Positions 1 to 9,039 of a DNA stretch of 64,000 nucleotides are shown here, in pieces (position 1 is the stretch's first letter; each line of letters starts with the position of its first letter). Location: positions 452,806 through 516,805 of IMG/VR virus record IMGVR_UViG_3300034072_000758, one strand, 5' to 3'. Both the position numbers and the translations under genes were made by a program. The notes beneath the pieces were generated by a model. That model did not search any database and had not been told where the DNA came from. It saw only the letters and a program-made list of their open reading frames with translations.

Positions 1-2958
1 GGTGATTTGAATTTCATCCCCCGCCGACAACACGGCGGTCATCACAACCGATGATCCCGTTACCGTATATTCATCCGGGTTCAGGCGCAGACCGTTGACA
101 TCCACGAACAATGTCTCCGGTGCTTGACTATTGTTTCCAATCACATATGTCGAGTTCGCATGGTAATTAAACACTTCGATCTGAACATTCGCCCCAGCGG
201 TCAATTCGCTGAAAGTTCTCAGCGTGATTGTGTCGGCTGGTGTATTTGAAATAACGACCGTTTTGTTCCCGTGATCGACTGAATACAGGCTTGGTGAAAT
301 ACGCTTACCATCAGCAAATGGAACAACGACATCCGCATTTTCAGTATAAGATACGAGGTGAACCGTTCCGTTGCTTAAGATGTCGTGATAGCCTTGTACT
401 GGCATAGAAGCGCCGCCAGACATGAATACGTCAATACTCAAGGTATCGCTCACCGAAGGAGCAACCAACTCTTCTGGGTTATTGCGCTCCATCTGAAAGC
501 CATCTTGTTCGTTGATAGTATCGTCGCCATCCTGATCGAGAATTGTAAAATCCTTTTCATCCGTGAATGATCCACCATCAATGCGATCATCCTTGATGCC
601 AGTCAGCTTTTCGATGTTTGTTTCCTCAAACCCGCCGTAGAAACGAACAACACGATCCGCCGCAGCATTCGCCGCGATATTTTCTTTGACGTAAACCGTA
701 ATGACCGTGTTCGCGTCATAAGAACCATTAAACAGAATTGTATTGCTCGTTATTGTGTAGTTCTTAACGACTTCGTTGTCAGCGAGCACTTCAACGATCT
801 TATTTGTTACGTCATAGTTGAGAGGAATGGATTGATTGTAAATGAAGCTCTCCTGAAAAACGACAGGAAGGTGGTCAATTCTATCAAAATTCAAACCAAT
901 TTTGATAAAGCGCGTTGGGTTCCAAGATGCGGGAGTATATTCCGCAAGATCGCGGCCAGTTTTATTGTAATTAGCGTACCAAGTTTTCCAAGGTTCGGTT
1001 GTCTGAATGATTGTGAGATCACGAGCATTCTTCATATCCAACATGCGATATGAGTTCGTGGACTCGTCAAAATATGCTGGGAAATCGAAATCCATAACCG
1101 ACACCGCAGCGTTGTCGATGTCTGGCGAAACGATACGCGAGAACTCACGAACCTTAACACGATATGGCTTCACTTCGGTGATGTAATCAATGAGGTTTTG
1201 TGTGTTGTCGATAGGCTGAACTGGTACAGCCTTAAGTGGTTCGTTATATCCAATCAAATTTAGGAACGAGGTCTTGAAAGCCCAAGTGACCTGATCTTGG
1301 CTCGAATGAATATAGTGAAGCATATCGTAGAACATTGTGTTTTGTTCTTCGATAGTCAAAATTTCACTTCTCAGCGTATCAATCAAATACTTCAATTCAA
1401 TCGAACCATCACGTTGGTTGAATTGATCAACGTCACCTTCAAACTTGATCAGGTCTTCGTCGTAGAATTTTTCAGAAAGCTCGATTGTACCGGATTGTCT
1501 CGCCACAACGATCCACGCGCCGTCGATGTGTTCACACCATAGCCATTTGCCGTTATCGTCATCCAATACCTTGACGAATTTGTCTTTGTTATTTACGAAA
1601 GAAACGTCGCGGTCTCTAATCGTATTATAAGTAACAGCAGGGGGATTCAAATATGAGTAACCCTCAGCGTACCAATCTACATAATTGAAGAAATCAACAG
1701 TTCTGTAATTCTGATAATTGATCAGTTCGTATGCTGTAGAATTGTATTCCCATACTGTCCAGAAATTGTGAGTTTCGCTGTTTGCGTTCACTAGAACCTT
1801 GTAGCCTTGAGTTGGGTTCGGGATAGCATCGCGTTCTTCCAGCGTATCGACCACAATGTCGTAGGTCTTCACCGGAGAGAATACCAGACCCGGATTATTG
1901 ACCAAGAAGGAGCTTCCATATCCAGTCAAGGTTACGTTAGCAAAATAGGAGGCGGCTTGGCTATACGCACAATATCCGAAGCGAGAAGGACCATAGAACG
2001 GTGAGTTCGATGGAATCTCGTATTCAAGCGCAGTATTATCGTCCAGAGAGCCATTTTTTTGCGACGTTCGAATCGTGACACGATTACTGGCACGGACCAC
2101 TTCGATTTGTATTTCGCCCAGAGCGTTCCATCCACCGCCTTCTGGCAAAATAGTATTATGGCCATTCACGAGAATGGTCTTGGTTGTCCCGGCGTAATAC
2201 ACAAGGCTCCATGCCTCAGATACATTGCTCCCTTTGACCGCACGATTTGCGATCAAGCTATGAGGGACGCCATTGACTTCGGCAAAAGCTACCACAAGAC
2301 CAATAACGTCATCATCCCCGTTGGTGCTACCTACGGTAACGGTATGCTTGTAGTTCGACAAAGCATTCGGTGAAACGAAACCAATCATGTTGGCGCTGTT
2401 CACAGTGGTTTCGAAACGGTTATTGACGAAATCCCAAGAAAGCGCTTCGTTTCCCGGTGGAATCACACCAGCATTAATGAAATATTGATTTCCGTTAAAT
2501 CTCCCCCAAGTATTGAAGATTTCGGATTGTGTAGGCGTCTGAACAACGTCTTCGTCATTGGCATCTTCTGGGATGTTTTCGGTCGATGCTTCCCACACAC
2601 TCCACTGAGGATCATCGACATTGCTAACGCCGTCCACAAGAATTTTATATTTGTTTCCCGCGATTATGGAAGAAACAAAATTTGGATCGAGCAACAGATC
2701 ATTGCGCTCCTGATAACTGTAGACCTTGTGATCATAAGTCGTTTCTGGTGGAAGTTGTTCAATATATTTTTTACCTTCGGCGCGTCTCCACACGAGATAT
2801 TCCGAATAGGGAGTCGTGGCTACCAAGCTATCAATGTACGAAGACCTTTCGATAACGAAAGCTTCTTTCGCAAATATGTTATTAGCTATTTTAACAAAGG
2901 CTTTTCTTGCGACGGTGAAGTCTGTGATAGAAAATATGCCACGATTCAATTCATTCAT
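1..2958 (-). CDS. Large virion structural protein, probable baseplate wedge subunit (partial; runs off window start)
   Basis: ATG at 2958 (MNELNRGIFS...) read in frame to position 1 (...AVLSAGDEIQIT); absent from ORF track because there is no stop in the window; contains WAFKTSFL...IDYITEVKPYRVKVREF, recalled from Rak2-like giant baseplate proteins; TAAATA box 5 nt upstream. Confidence 0.6.
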   Translation of the reverse strand, partial: MNELNRGIFSITDFTVARKAFVKIANNIFAKEAFVIERSSYIDSLVATTPYSEYLVWRRAEGKKYIEQLPPETTYDHKVYSYQERNDLLLDPNFVSSIIAGNKYKILVDGVSNVDDPQWSVWEASTENIPEDANDEDVVQTPTQSEIFNTWGRFNGNQYFINAGVIPPGNEALSWDFVNNRFETTVNSANMIGFVSPNALSNYKHTVTVGSTNGDDDVIGLVVAFAEVNGVPHSLIANRAVKGSNVSEAWSLVYYAGTTKTILVNGHNTILPEGGGWNALGEIQIEVVRASNRVTIRTSQKNGSLDDNTALEYEIPSNSPFYGPSRFGYCAYSQAASYFANVTLTGYGSSFLVNNPGLVFSPVKTYDIVVDTLEERDAIPNPTQGYKVLVNANSETHNFWTVWEYNSTAYELINYQNYRTVDFFNYVDWYAEGYSYLNPPAVTYNTIRDRDVSFVNNKDKFVKVLDDDNGKWLWCEHIDGAWIVVARQSGTIELSEKFYDEDLIKFEGDVDQFNQRDGSIELKYLIDTLRSEILTIEEQNTMFYDMLHYIHSSQDQVTWAFKTSFLNLIGYNEPLKAVPVQPIDNTQNLIDYITEVKPYRVKVREFSRIVSPDIDNAAVSVMDFDFPAYFDESTNSYRMLDMKNARDLTIIQTTEPWKTWYANYNKTGRDLAEYTPASWNPTRFIKIGLNFDRIDHLPVVFQESFIYNQSIPLNYDVTNKIVEVLADNEVVKNYTITSNTILFNGSYDANTVITVYVKENIAANAAADRVVRFYGGFEETNIEKLTGIKDDRIDGGSFTDEKDFTILDQDGDDTINEQDGFQMERNNPEELVAPSVSDTLSIDVFMSGGASMPVQGYHDILSNGTVHLVSYTENADVVVPFADGKRISPSLYSVDHGNKTVVISNTPADTITLRTFSELTAGANVQIEVFNYHANSTYVIGNNSQAPETLFVDVNGLRLNPDEYTVTGSSVVMTAVLSAGDEIQIT

Positions 2959-3045
2959 AGTTATATTTATTTCTCAAAAAGGCTTGACTTTTTGATTTCA
3001 TAGATGGATACTGAGCACAGTCTTAATTTTCCACATTAGGGAAAC

Positions 3046-3252
3046 ATGTCCAGAAAGAAGCCTACCAAGCTCACAATGTCGCAAAAGACGGCGTTGAACA
3101 ACATTCGTCAGAAGTTCGGTGAACCCAAATTTATCTATTATCAGGGTAACTATACCTACTGCGAATTTGCCACGGTCCTATACAAGTGGGACGCGCGGTC
3201 TGAGAAATGGCTTCAAGAGGGCGAGATTTCGGCTCAGGCTGAAACGGCCTAA
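3046..3252 (+). CDS. Hypothetical protein
   Basis: 68-aa ORF with AGGGA RBS, downstream of a TTGACT promoter-like element, 5 nt before nadE. Confidence 0.65.
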   Translation: MSRKKPTKLTMSQKTALNNIRQKFGEPKFIYYQGNYTYCEFATVLYKWDARSEKWLQEGEISAQAETA

Positions 3253-3257
3253 TAAGG

Positions 3258-5015
3258 ATGTCCACTATGATCAAAGTTGCCTCAGTGCAATTCAATCCCG
3301 TTGTCGGCGACGTATTCGGCAATGCGGAGCGTATGCTTCAACTATACATTGAAGCGGCAAAGACCGCCGATCTGGTAGTCTTCCCCGAATGCTCCATCAG
3401 TGGGTATCCCATCGAAGACCTCGCGTTGAAGGCGGATTTCATCGACAGATGTATCGAAGCGCGAAAATCATTCATTGATGCCGTGTATCTTTCCAAGGAA
3501 AAGGCCGGTGTCATTTTCGGATGCCCCAACCTAAACACCAATGGTAAAACCACAAACTCCGCATTCGCGGTCGATCCGGTTCACCAAGACTATTCGATCT
3601 TTGATAAACAACGCCTCCCGAATTATGGCGTGTTCGATGAAGTCCGTACTTTTGCCCCAGCAACCAAGCCTCAACCAACATGGCAGTTCCGCGATCTCAA
3701 GATCGGCATTCTGATCTGCGAAGATGCGTGGCATTCCGGTTCGTTGAGCGGATGTATTGGTGAGCATTTCCCCAACCTGATGATCAGCATCAATGGTTCG
3801 CCGTTCGAAATCGGCAAGAATGTCATCCGCAAGAATGTAATCGTAGATCGTATCCACGAACTGTTCGAAGTCGGTGATGCGTTCGGCGTCCCCTTCGTCT
3901 ATACCAACATGGTTGGTGGTCAAGACGAGATCGTATTTGATGGTAATTCGTTTGTCATCGACAAGAATGGCTACCGGGCTGTGCCTACCTTCGAAGAAGG
4001 TGTTCACTATTTCGATGTCTCGCTGGACTCGTTCCAACCGGGCGTTTACGATGTCGAGCCTTCCAGCATTGCCGATGTCTACAAATGTCTTGTCACCGGC
4101 ACGAGAGATTTCTTCGGAAAGCAAGGTTTCGTGTCCGGCGTTCTCGGCTATTCAGGTGGTGTAGATTCGGGTCTGGTGGCCGCTATCCTTGTGGATGCGC
4201 AAGGACCGAAAAATGCCAATCTCGTGTCTCTTCCGTCGAAGTTCTCGGACCAAGCCTCGAAAGACGATGCCTTGGAAGGCGCTATTCGTTTGGGCGCTAA
4301 CTATCGGTCGATCAGCATTGAACCGATTGTCCAAGCCCTACGCGATGCCTACAAGCCGTCTGAATACAATCCAAACAGCATGTCCATGATGAATGGCGCT
4401 CGTAAAAATACTGGCACGATCTTCACCACGGACCCGGAGTTGAGCAACTATTCGGGTGAACTGACCGGCGTGGCGGACGAAAACATCCAAGCTCGTGCTC
4501 GTGGTAATATCCTGATGGCTATCTCTAACCAAGAAGGCCACATGGTTCTGTCCACCGGTAATAAGTCGGAAGTGAGCCTCGGTTTCTGTACGATTTATGG
4601 TGACATGTCGGGTGGTTACAACCCGATCAAGGATTGCCCGAAGACGCTGGTATGGGCGCTATGTTTGTGGCGAAATCAAGCTGATCCGGCTGAATACGGC
4701 TTCCTTGGTCCCAAGGGTGAAGTTGTTCCGCAAGAGATCATCGACAAAAAGCCGGACGCTGGCTTGGCTGAAAATTCCAAAGGCGATCCGTTCGACTACC
4801 GCAACATCACCGATCCAATCCTCAATATTTTGGTGGACAAGGCCGGTTCGGTTCAAGACGTGATCGATGCTGGTTTTGATCCTGCGGAAGCACAGCGCCA
4901 CTACAAGCTTCTTCTGCGCTCGGAATACAAGCGCCGCCAAGCATGTCCCGGCATCAAGATCACTTCCAAATTACACGGGCGGGATCGACGTATCCCAATC
5001 GTCTATCGAGAATAA
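3258..5015 (+). CDS. nadE: Glutamine-dependent NAD+ synthetase
   Basis: N-terminal nitrilase domain (VVFPE, K-LPNYGVFDE, ICEDAW) fused to NAD synthase domain (GYSGGVDS, ENIQARARG, STGNKSE, SEYKRRQ). Confidence 0.95.
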   Translation: MSTMIKVASVQFNPVVGDVFGNAERMLQLYIEAAKTADLVVFPECSISGYPIEDLALKADFIDRCIEARKSFIDAVYLSKEKAGVIFGCPNLNTNGKTTNSAFAVDPVHQDYSIFDKQRLPNYGVFDEVRTFAPATKPQPTWQFRDLKIGILICEDAWHSGSLSGCIGEHFPNLMISINGSPFEIGKNVIRKNVIVDRIHELFEVGDAFGVPFVYTNMVGGQDEIVFDGNSFVIDKNGYRAVPTFEEGVHYFDVSLDSFQPGVYDVEPSSIADVYKCLVTGTRDFFGKQGFVSGVLGYSGGVDSGLVAAILVDAQGPKNANLVSLPSKFSDQASKDDALEGAIRLGANYRSISIEPIVQALRDAYKPSEYNPNSMSMMNGARKNTGTIFTTDPELSNYSGELTGVADENIQARARGNILMAISNQEGHMVLSTGNKSEVSLGFCTIYGDMSGGYNPIKDCPKTLVWALCLWRNQADPAEYGFLGPKGEVVPQEIIDKKPDAGLAENSKGDPFDYRNITDPILNILVDKAGSVQDVIDAGFDPAEAQRHYKLLLRSEYKRRQACPGIKITSKLHGRDRRIPIVYRE

Positions 5016-5041
5016 AAAAAGGGGCCGAAAGGCCCTTTTTT
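5014..5041. terminator. Bidirectional intrinsic terminator
   Basis: A-tract, GGGCC-GAAA-GGCCC hairpin, T-tract between convergent genes. Confidence 0.85.
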
Positions 5042-5406
5042 CATAATGATAATAATAGTGTGATCAGAAAATCATCAATTTCGGTCTCTTCACCAGTAAC
5101 ATACATTTTATAGCTGGTGACAATATCTCTACCGTATGGTGGATGATATTTGAATGTTGGATCAAACCGAATAACGAATTTATCAGTCTCAAATTCAGTT
5201 ATAGCGTGATAAATATCTCTATCAGGGTTGACCATATTATCGGCTATCGAGAATAGAAAATTTATATCCCTGTGAATTACCCAAAGATAAAATATATTAT
5301 CTTTGGGTAATGTGGTTGCGATTTTACCGAGCACCATTTGCTCCCACACGGTCCTATACAGCGTGTGGCACTTTTCAGCATCATCGAATGTTTTGGTTAT
5401 AATCAT
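5041..5406 (-). CDS. Hypothetical protein (AT-rich)
   Basis: 121-aa ORF converging on the terminator. Confidence 0.65.
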   Translation of the reverse strand: MIITKTFDDAEKCHTLYRTVWEQMVLGKIATTLPKDNIFYLWVIHRDINFLFSIADNMVNPDRDIYHAITEFETDKFVIRFDPTFKYHPPYGRDIVTSYKMYVTGEETEIDDFLITLLLSL

Positions 5407-5549
5407 TTTTCAAGTATGCCACATTTTCTTACTTAATCAAGAATTTCAACAAAATAAATCCCTTGCCCTCAGTTAACGTTAATGCTACGTTAACCACAAA
5501 TCTACATTGTGTGGATTGTGTCTGCCAGTAATCAGTAAGAGAGTAGAGT

Positions 5550-6905
5550 ATGCCTCCATTTTTATGGATTGTAATCCCGGTAGCGGTTGTTGCCTTCTTG
5601 GTCATCACCGCGATCCTGTTGTCGTTCGCATGGCGCGTTGTCGTTGATACGAACAAGGTCCACATCGTTCAGTCTCGCAAAAAGACAACCAGCTACGGCG
5701 TCGGCGCTGAACACGGTAACGTCTATTACCGCGTCCCATCATTCATCCCGGTTTGGGGTGTTACAACCATCGAGCTTCCAGTCAGCAACTTTGATCTGTC
5801 TCTGAACAGCTATAAAGCATATGACAAAGACCGCGTTCCGTTCGAACTCGACATTACCGCGTTCATGCGTATCGCTGACACCAATACCGCCGCAGCGCGC
5901 GTTTCCAGCTTCACCGACTTGAAGACCCAACTCCAATCGGTCGTACAAGGCGCTGTTCGTAAAATTCTGTCGTCCTATGACATCAACACTGTTATGGGTG
6001 ATCGCTCGACTTTCGGTCAACAATTCACTGACGAAGTAAAAGCCGAACTCGCCAATTGGGGCGTTGAGCCGGTTAAGAACCTCGAACTGATGGACATCCG
6101 TGACTCGGACGGCTCTAAGGTAATCGCTAACATCATGGCGAAGAAGACCTCGTTCATCGAAATGGAATCCCGCGTCGAAGTCGCCAAGAACCAGCAAGCC
6201 GCTAAGGAAGCTGAAATCGCTGCCGGTCAAGCCGTTCTCATTCGTGAGCAAGAAGCCCAACAACAAGTTGGTGAACGTACTGCGCAGCAAGAGCGCGCTA
6301 CGGGTATCGCCAAAGAAAAGTCTCGCCAAGACATACAGCAAGAAGCCGCTATCACCAAAGAGCGCGAAATGGAAGTTCTTTCGGTTGAAACCCAGCGTAA
6401 TGCTGAAATCACCAAAAAGGCTCAAGTCGTTCTGGCTGAACAGCAACGCGATACTGACGTTATTAAAGCTGAGGCTCAAAAGAAGACCACAGTTCTGATC
6501 TCCGAAGGTAATCTCCAAGAAGCTAAGCTCACCGCCGAAGGTATCAAGGCAAAGGGTGAGGCCGAAGCTGCTGCGAAGCAAGCGATGGAAACCGCTCCGG
6601 TTCAAGCTCAAATCCTGCTGGCGCAGGAAATTGGTGAAAACCAAGGCTACCAAAAGTACCTTATCGATCTGCGTGAGGTAGAAGCCTCTCAGGTGGTTGG
6701 TGTGGCTCAGGCCGCTGCCCTCCAAAAGGCTGAGATCAAGATCATCGCCAACAACGACACTGCTTCTAAGGGTCTGAACTCGGTCGGTGAACTGTTCTCG
6801 TCCACGGGCGGCACAAAGCTCGGTGCTATGGTCGAAGGCTTCGCTCAGACCGAAGAAGGCCGCAAGCTGATCGACAAGTTTATCGGTAAGGGCGGCGCTG
6901 CTTAA
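5550..6905 (+). CDS. SPFH/band 7 flotillin-like membrane protein
   Basis: N-terminal TM helix, SPFH domain, A/E-rich coiled coil (AEA repeats). Confidence 0.9.
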   Translation: MPPFLWIVIPVAVVAFLVITAILLSFAWRVVVDTNKVHIVQSRKKTTSYGVGAEHGNVYYRVPSFIPVWGVTTIELPVSNFDLSLNSYKAYDKDRVPFELDITAFMRIADTNTAAARVSSFTDLKTQLQSVVQGAVRKILSSYDINTVMGDRSTFGQQFTDEVKAELANWGVEPVKNLELMDIRDSDGSKVIANIMAKKTSFIEMESRVEVAKNQQAAKEAEIAAGQAVLIREQEAQQQVGERTAQQERATGIAKEKSRQDIQQEAAITKEREMEVLSVETQRNAEITKKAQVVLAEQQRDTDVIKAEAQKKTTVLISEGNLQEAKLTAEGIKAKGEAEAAAKQAMETAPVQAQILLAQEIGENQGYQKYLIDLREVEASQVVGVAQAAALQKAEIKIIANNDTASKGLNSVGELFSSTGGTKLGAMVEGFAQTEEGRKLIDKFIGKGGAA

Positions 6906-6930
6906 TTCACTCAACAAAGTGAATTTGTAA

Positions 6931-6956
6931 AGGCGGGGAGAAATCTCCGCCTTTTT
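6931..6956 (+). terminator. Intrinsic terminator
   Basis: AGGCGGGGA-GAAA-TCTCCGCCT + T-tract. Confidence 0.85.
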
Positions 6957-7093
6957 AATGTAAAAATACGGTTAAAAAATATCGTTAAAAAATACGAATT
7001 AAATTGAATCTCCCAAAAACACTTGATACATTAGAGTTAACTTGATGACAGTCATCAAGCCTGTAACAAGCTAATCCAAGGATTAACAAGCAA

Positions 7094-7354
7094 ATGTCGA
7101 ACATCGTACAAGAACTGAACAACGGCCTCGTGTCGGTTTCCTTCACCAAGGCTGACGGCTCGCTGCGCGCCATGAAGGCCACCCTGAGCACCAACGTTTC
7201 GGAAGCCAAGGCTCTGATCGAAGCCGCTCAAGCCGCTGGCACCCTGAACACAACTCCTTCGGCTTCGGGCCAAATCTCGGTCGTTGAAGTCACCGACGCT
7301 GGTGTCGCTCAATGGCGCTCGCTGAATGTCAACACGGCGAAGATCACCGCCTAA
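7094..7354 (+). CDS. WYL_2 / Sm-like SH3 barrel protein
   Basis: VSFTKADGSLRAMKATL...QWRS motif pattern; strongly biased codon usage. Confidence 0.65.
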   Translation: MSNIVQELNNGLVSVSFTKADGSLRAMKATLSTNVSEAKALIEAAQAAGTLNTTPSASGQISVVEVTDAGVAQWRSLNVNTAKITA

Positions 7355-7393
7355 TTGACAAGAAAGTCTTTCCTAGACTTCATGTTAAAACTC

Positions 7394-7424
7394 AAAGACT
7401 CTCGGTATTCCGAGGGTCTTTTTT
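7394..7424 (+). terminator. Intrinsic terminator
   Basis: AAAGACTCTCGG-TATT-CCGAGGGTCTTT + T-tract. Confidence 0.8.
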
Positions 7425-7432
7425 ATGTTTAC

Positions 7433-7460
7433 TTGACATCAACATATTCTGTGATACTAT
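7433..7460 (+). promoter_or_regulatory. sigma70-type early promoter (representative; similar TTGACA elements near 14278, 18573, 20132, 23068, 45079, 59620, 62853)
   Basis: TTGACA-N16-TACTAT with extended -10 TG, followed by AGGAG RBS. Confidence 0.7.
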
Positions 7461-7492
7461 AGGTTCATAAAATATAATCTAGGAGCTTACAT

Positions 7493-8083
7493 ATGACTGA
7501 TGAACGCCGAGTATCAAATATCGAATTTTGTATATCTCGCATGGAAAAGGAATGTCAAATCTTCCAAGCGGCTGGTACTAATCTGACCCCGGCTCACCTT
7601 CTTCAAGTCATGATCAAGGCCGAGGTCTATGATTATTCGCTGATCGTCACGTCGCGCACCGGCAAGGCTTCTGGTTTCAAAGTCACCGTCGATAGTTCGG
7701 TTGACATGCGCCTGATCTACAACATCAATTTCAAGAATGACGTTTTCGATCTCAAGCTGGACATGATGGATACCAAAGATATGAAGGTGACCACCACGAA
7801 CAGCCAAGGCGACGATGTGACGGAAATTCGCAGTGTGCGTATCCTGTATTTTGTCAACAAGCTGGATCGTCATTCAGAGCGTCATCACCGGGATGCCATC
7901 AATATCGCCATGTCGATGTTCGATGAAGACGTGAACCGCGATGATCGCCACACCATTCGCCTTCTGGAACGAGTTCGTTCCTATACCAATCCTCAATCGG
8001 CGGTCGGCGAAGAAAAGCGTAGCCAGTGGGTTGGCTCTAACGGCGAACGTTTCGAGAAACACAAAGGAAAGAGGATCGCATGA
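7493..8083 (+). CDS. Hypothetical protein
   Basis: 196-aa ORF with AGGAG RBS. Confidence 0.8.
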   Translation: MTDERRVSNIEFCISRMEKECQIFQAAGTNLTPAHLLQVMIKAEVYDYSLIVTSRTGKASGFKVTVDSSVDMRLIYNINFKNDVFDLKLDMMDTKDMKVTTTNSQGDDVTEIRSVRILYFVNKLDRHSERHHRDAINIAMSMFDEDVNRDDRHTIRLLERVRSYTNPQSAVGEEKRSQWVGSNGERFEKHKGKRIA

Positions 8084-8247
8084 AATCGGACGCATACAAA
8101 GAGGGCTACGACTACTGTGGTCATCATGGGCCAAACTTTCAAGCCAACCCATATCCCAAAGGCTCTCAGGAAGCCGAGGATTGGCGTGATGGGGTTTGGC
8201 GCTGTGTCAACGAAGACGACGCCGAACATCGCGGAAGGGGCGGCTAA
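8080..8247 (+). CDS. Ribosome modulation factor (Rmf)-like small protein
   Basis: 55 aa, not in ORF track: MKSDAYKEGYDYCGHHGPNFQANPYPKGSQEAEDWRDGVWRC...; AYxxGY...PY...WxxG pattern; GAGG RBS; ATGA and TAATG overlaps with neighbours. Confidence 0.6.
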   Translation: MKSDAYKEGYDYCGHHGPNFQANPYPKGSQEAEDWRDGVWRCVNEDDAEHRGRGG

Positions 8248-8513
8248 TGAAGATCGTTCTGGAACAGCTTCCTAACTACCAAATGGTCACGCATGGTGGC
8301 GATTTCCTCGCGCGGCGTTTCGCCATTCTGATCAACGATGTTGTCGTTGACGAGTTCATGGAACGGGGTGCGCCCCACTACTATGTATCCACCATGTTCG
8401 AAAAGCTTATTCGTGATCGGATCGGCGTCTACGAACTGGCTCTCGGTATCAAAGCCGAAGAAATAGTCATCACACCAGCCGAAGAGTTTAGAAAATGGAG
8501 GAATTTTCAATGA
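8247..8513 (+). CDS. Hypothetical protein
   Basis: Start re-assigned to the ATG overlapping the upstream stop (TAATG). Confidence 0.7.
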   Translation: MKIVLEQLPNYQMVTHGGDFLARRFAILINDVVVDEFMERGAPHYYVSTMFEKLIRDRIGVYELALGIKAEEIVITPAEEFRKWRNFQ

Positions 8514-8710
8514 TGGGTTACACCAAAGCCACCGATTTCATGCGTGATAATGTGTCGGGTAATCTGGTCAAGCGTGGCGATACGACCAAGAGTGGCGGGC
8601 TGGTTTACTATATGGAAACCGGCCCCGCATATCGTCTGTCCGCTAAGGAAGCGGAAGTCCTCGGACGATACAACTTTCGCCCCCGTTTCGTAGAAGGAGC
8701 TACCAAGTGA
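8510..8710 (+). CDS. Hypothetical protein
   Basis: GGAGG RBS, ATGA overlap. Confidence 0.7.
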   Translation: MMGYTKATDFMRDNVSGNLVKRGDTTKSGGLVYYMETGPAYRLSAKEAEVLGRYNFRPRFVEGATK

Positions 8711-9039
8711 TCGTCATGAACCAATATTTCTTTCTGGGGCCGAACGCGATCATTCATAACTTCTATGATCCAGAAATCCAAACGGCGGCTCAGATGTCTC
8801 GCGGCATGGCCATCGAACTCGGTGAAGTTCCCCCGGCCTACAGCGAAGACCCGATCATTGTCACGCCTGATGCGTATATCGCTAAGAACGAGTTCGACCG
8901 CGATGACTTGTTCTTCGGCGATACTAACTTCGTCCCCGAATATCTTCTGTGGGAAGGTGGCGACGGTAAGACTTACGTGGTTCACATCAAGGACTGCTAT
9001 CGAGCCACCGACATGGTTTGTATGGGTCTTCTGAATTAG
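8707..9039 (+). CDS. Hypothetical protein
   Basis: GGAG RBS, GTGA overlap. Confidence 0.7.
   Translation: MIVMNQYFFLGPNAIIHNFYDPEIQTAAQMSRGMAIELGEVPPAYSEDPIIVTPDAYIAKNEFDRDDLFFGDTNFVPEYLLWEGGDGKTYVVHIKDCYRATDMVCMGLLN

Noticed and set aside
385-3003. Short plus-strand ORFs in the first 3 kb
   Set aside because: Antisense to the long minus-strand structural gene 1-2958.
5739-6917. Long antisense ORFs (also 10631-11593, 13016-13753, 32103-33101, 36626-37612, 60026-60694, 62754-63596)
   Set aside because: Shadows of strongly codon-biased genes on the opposite strand; no motifs or RBS.
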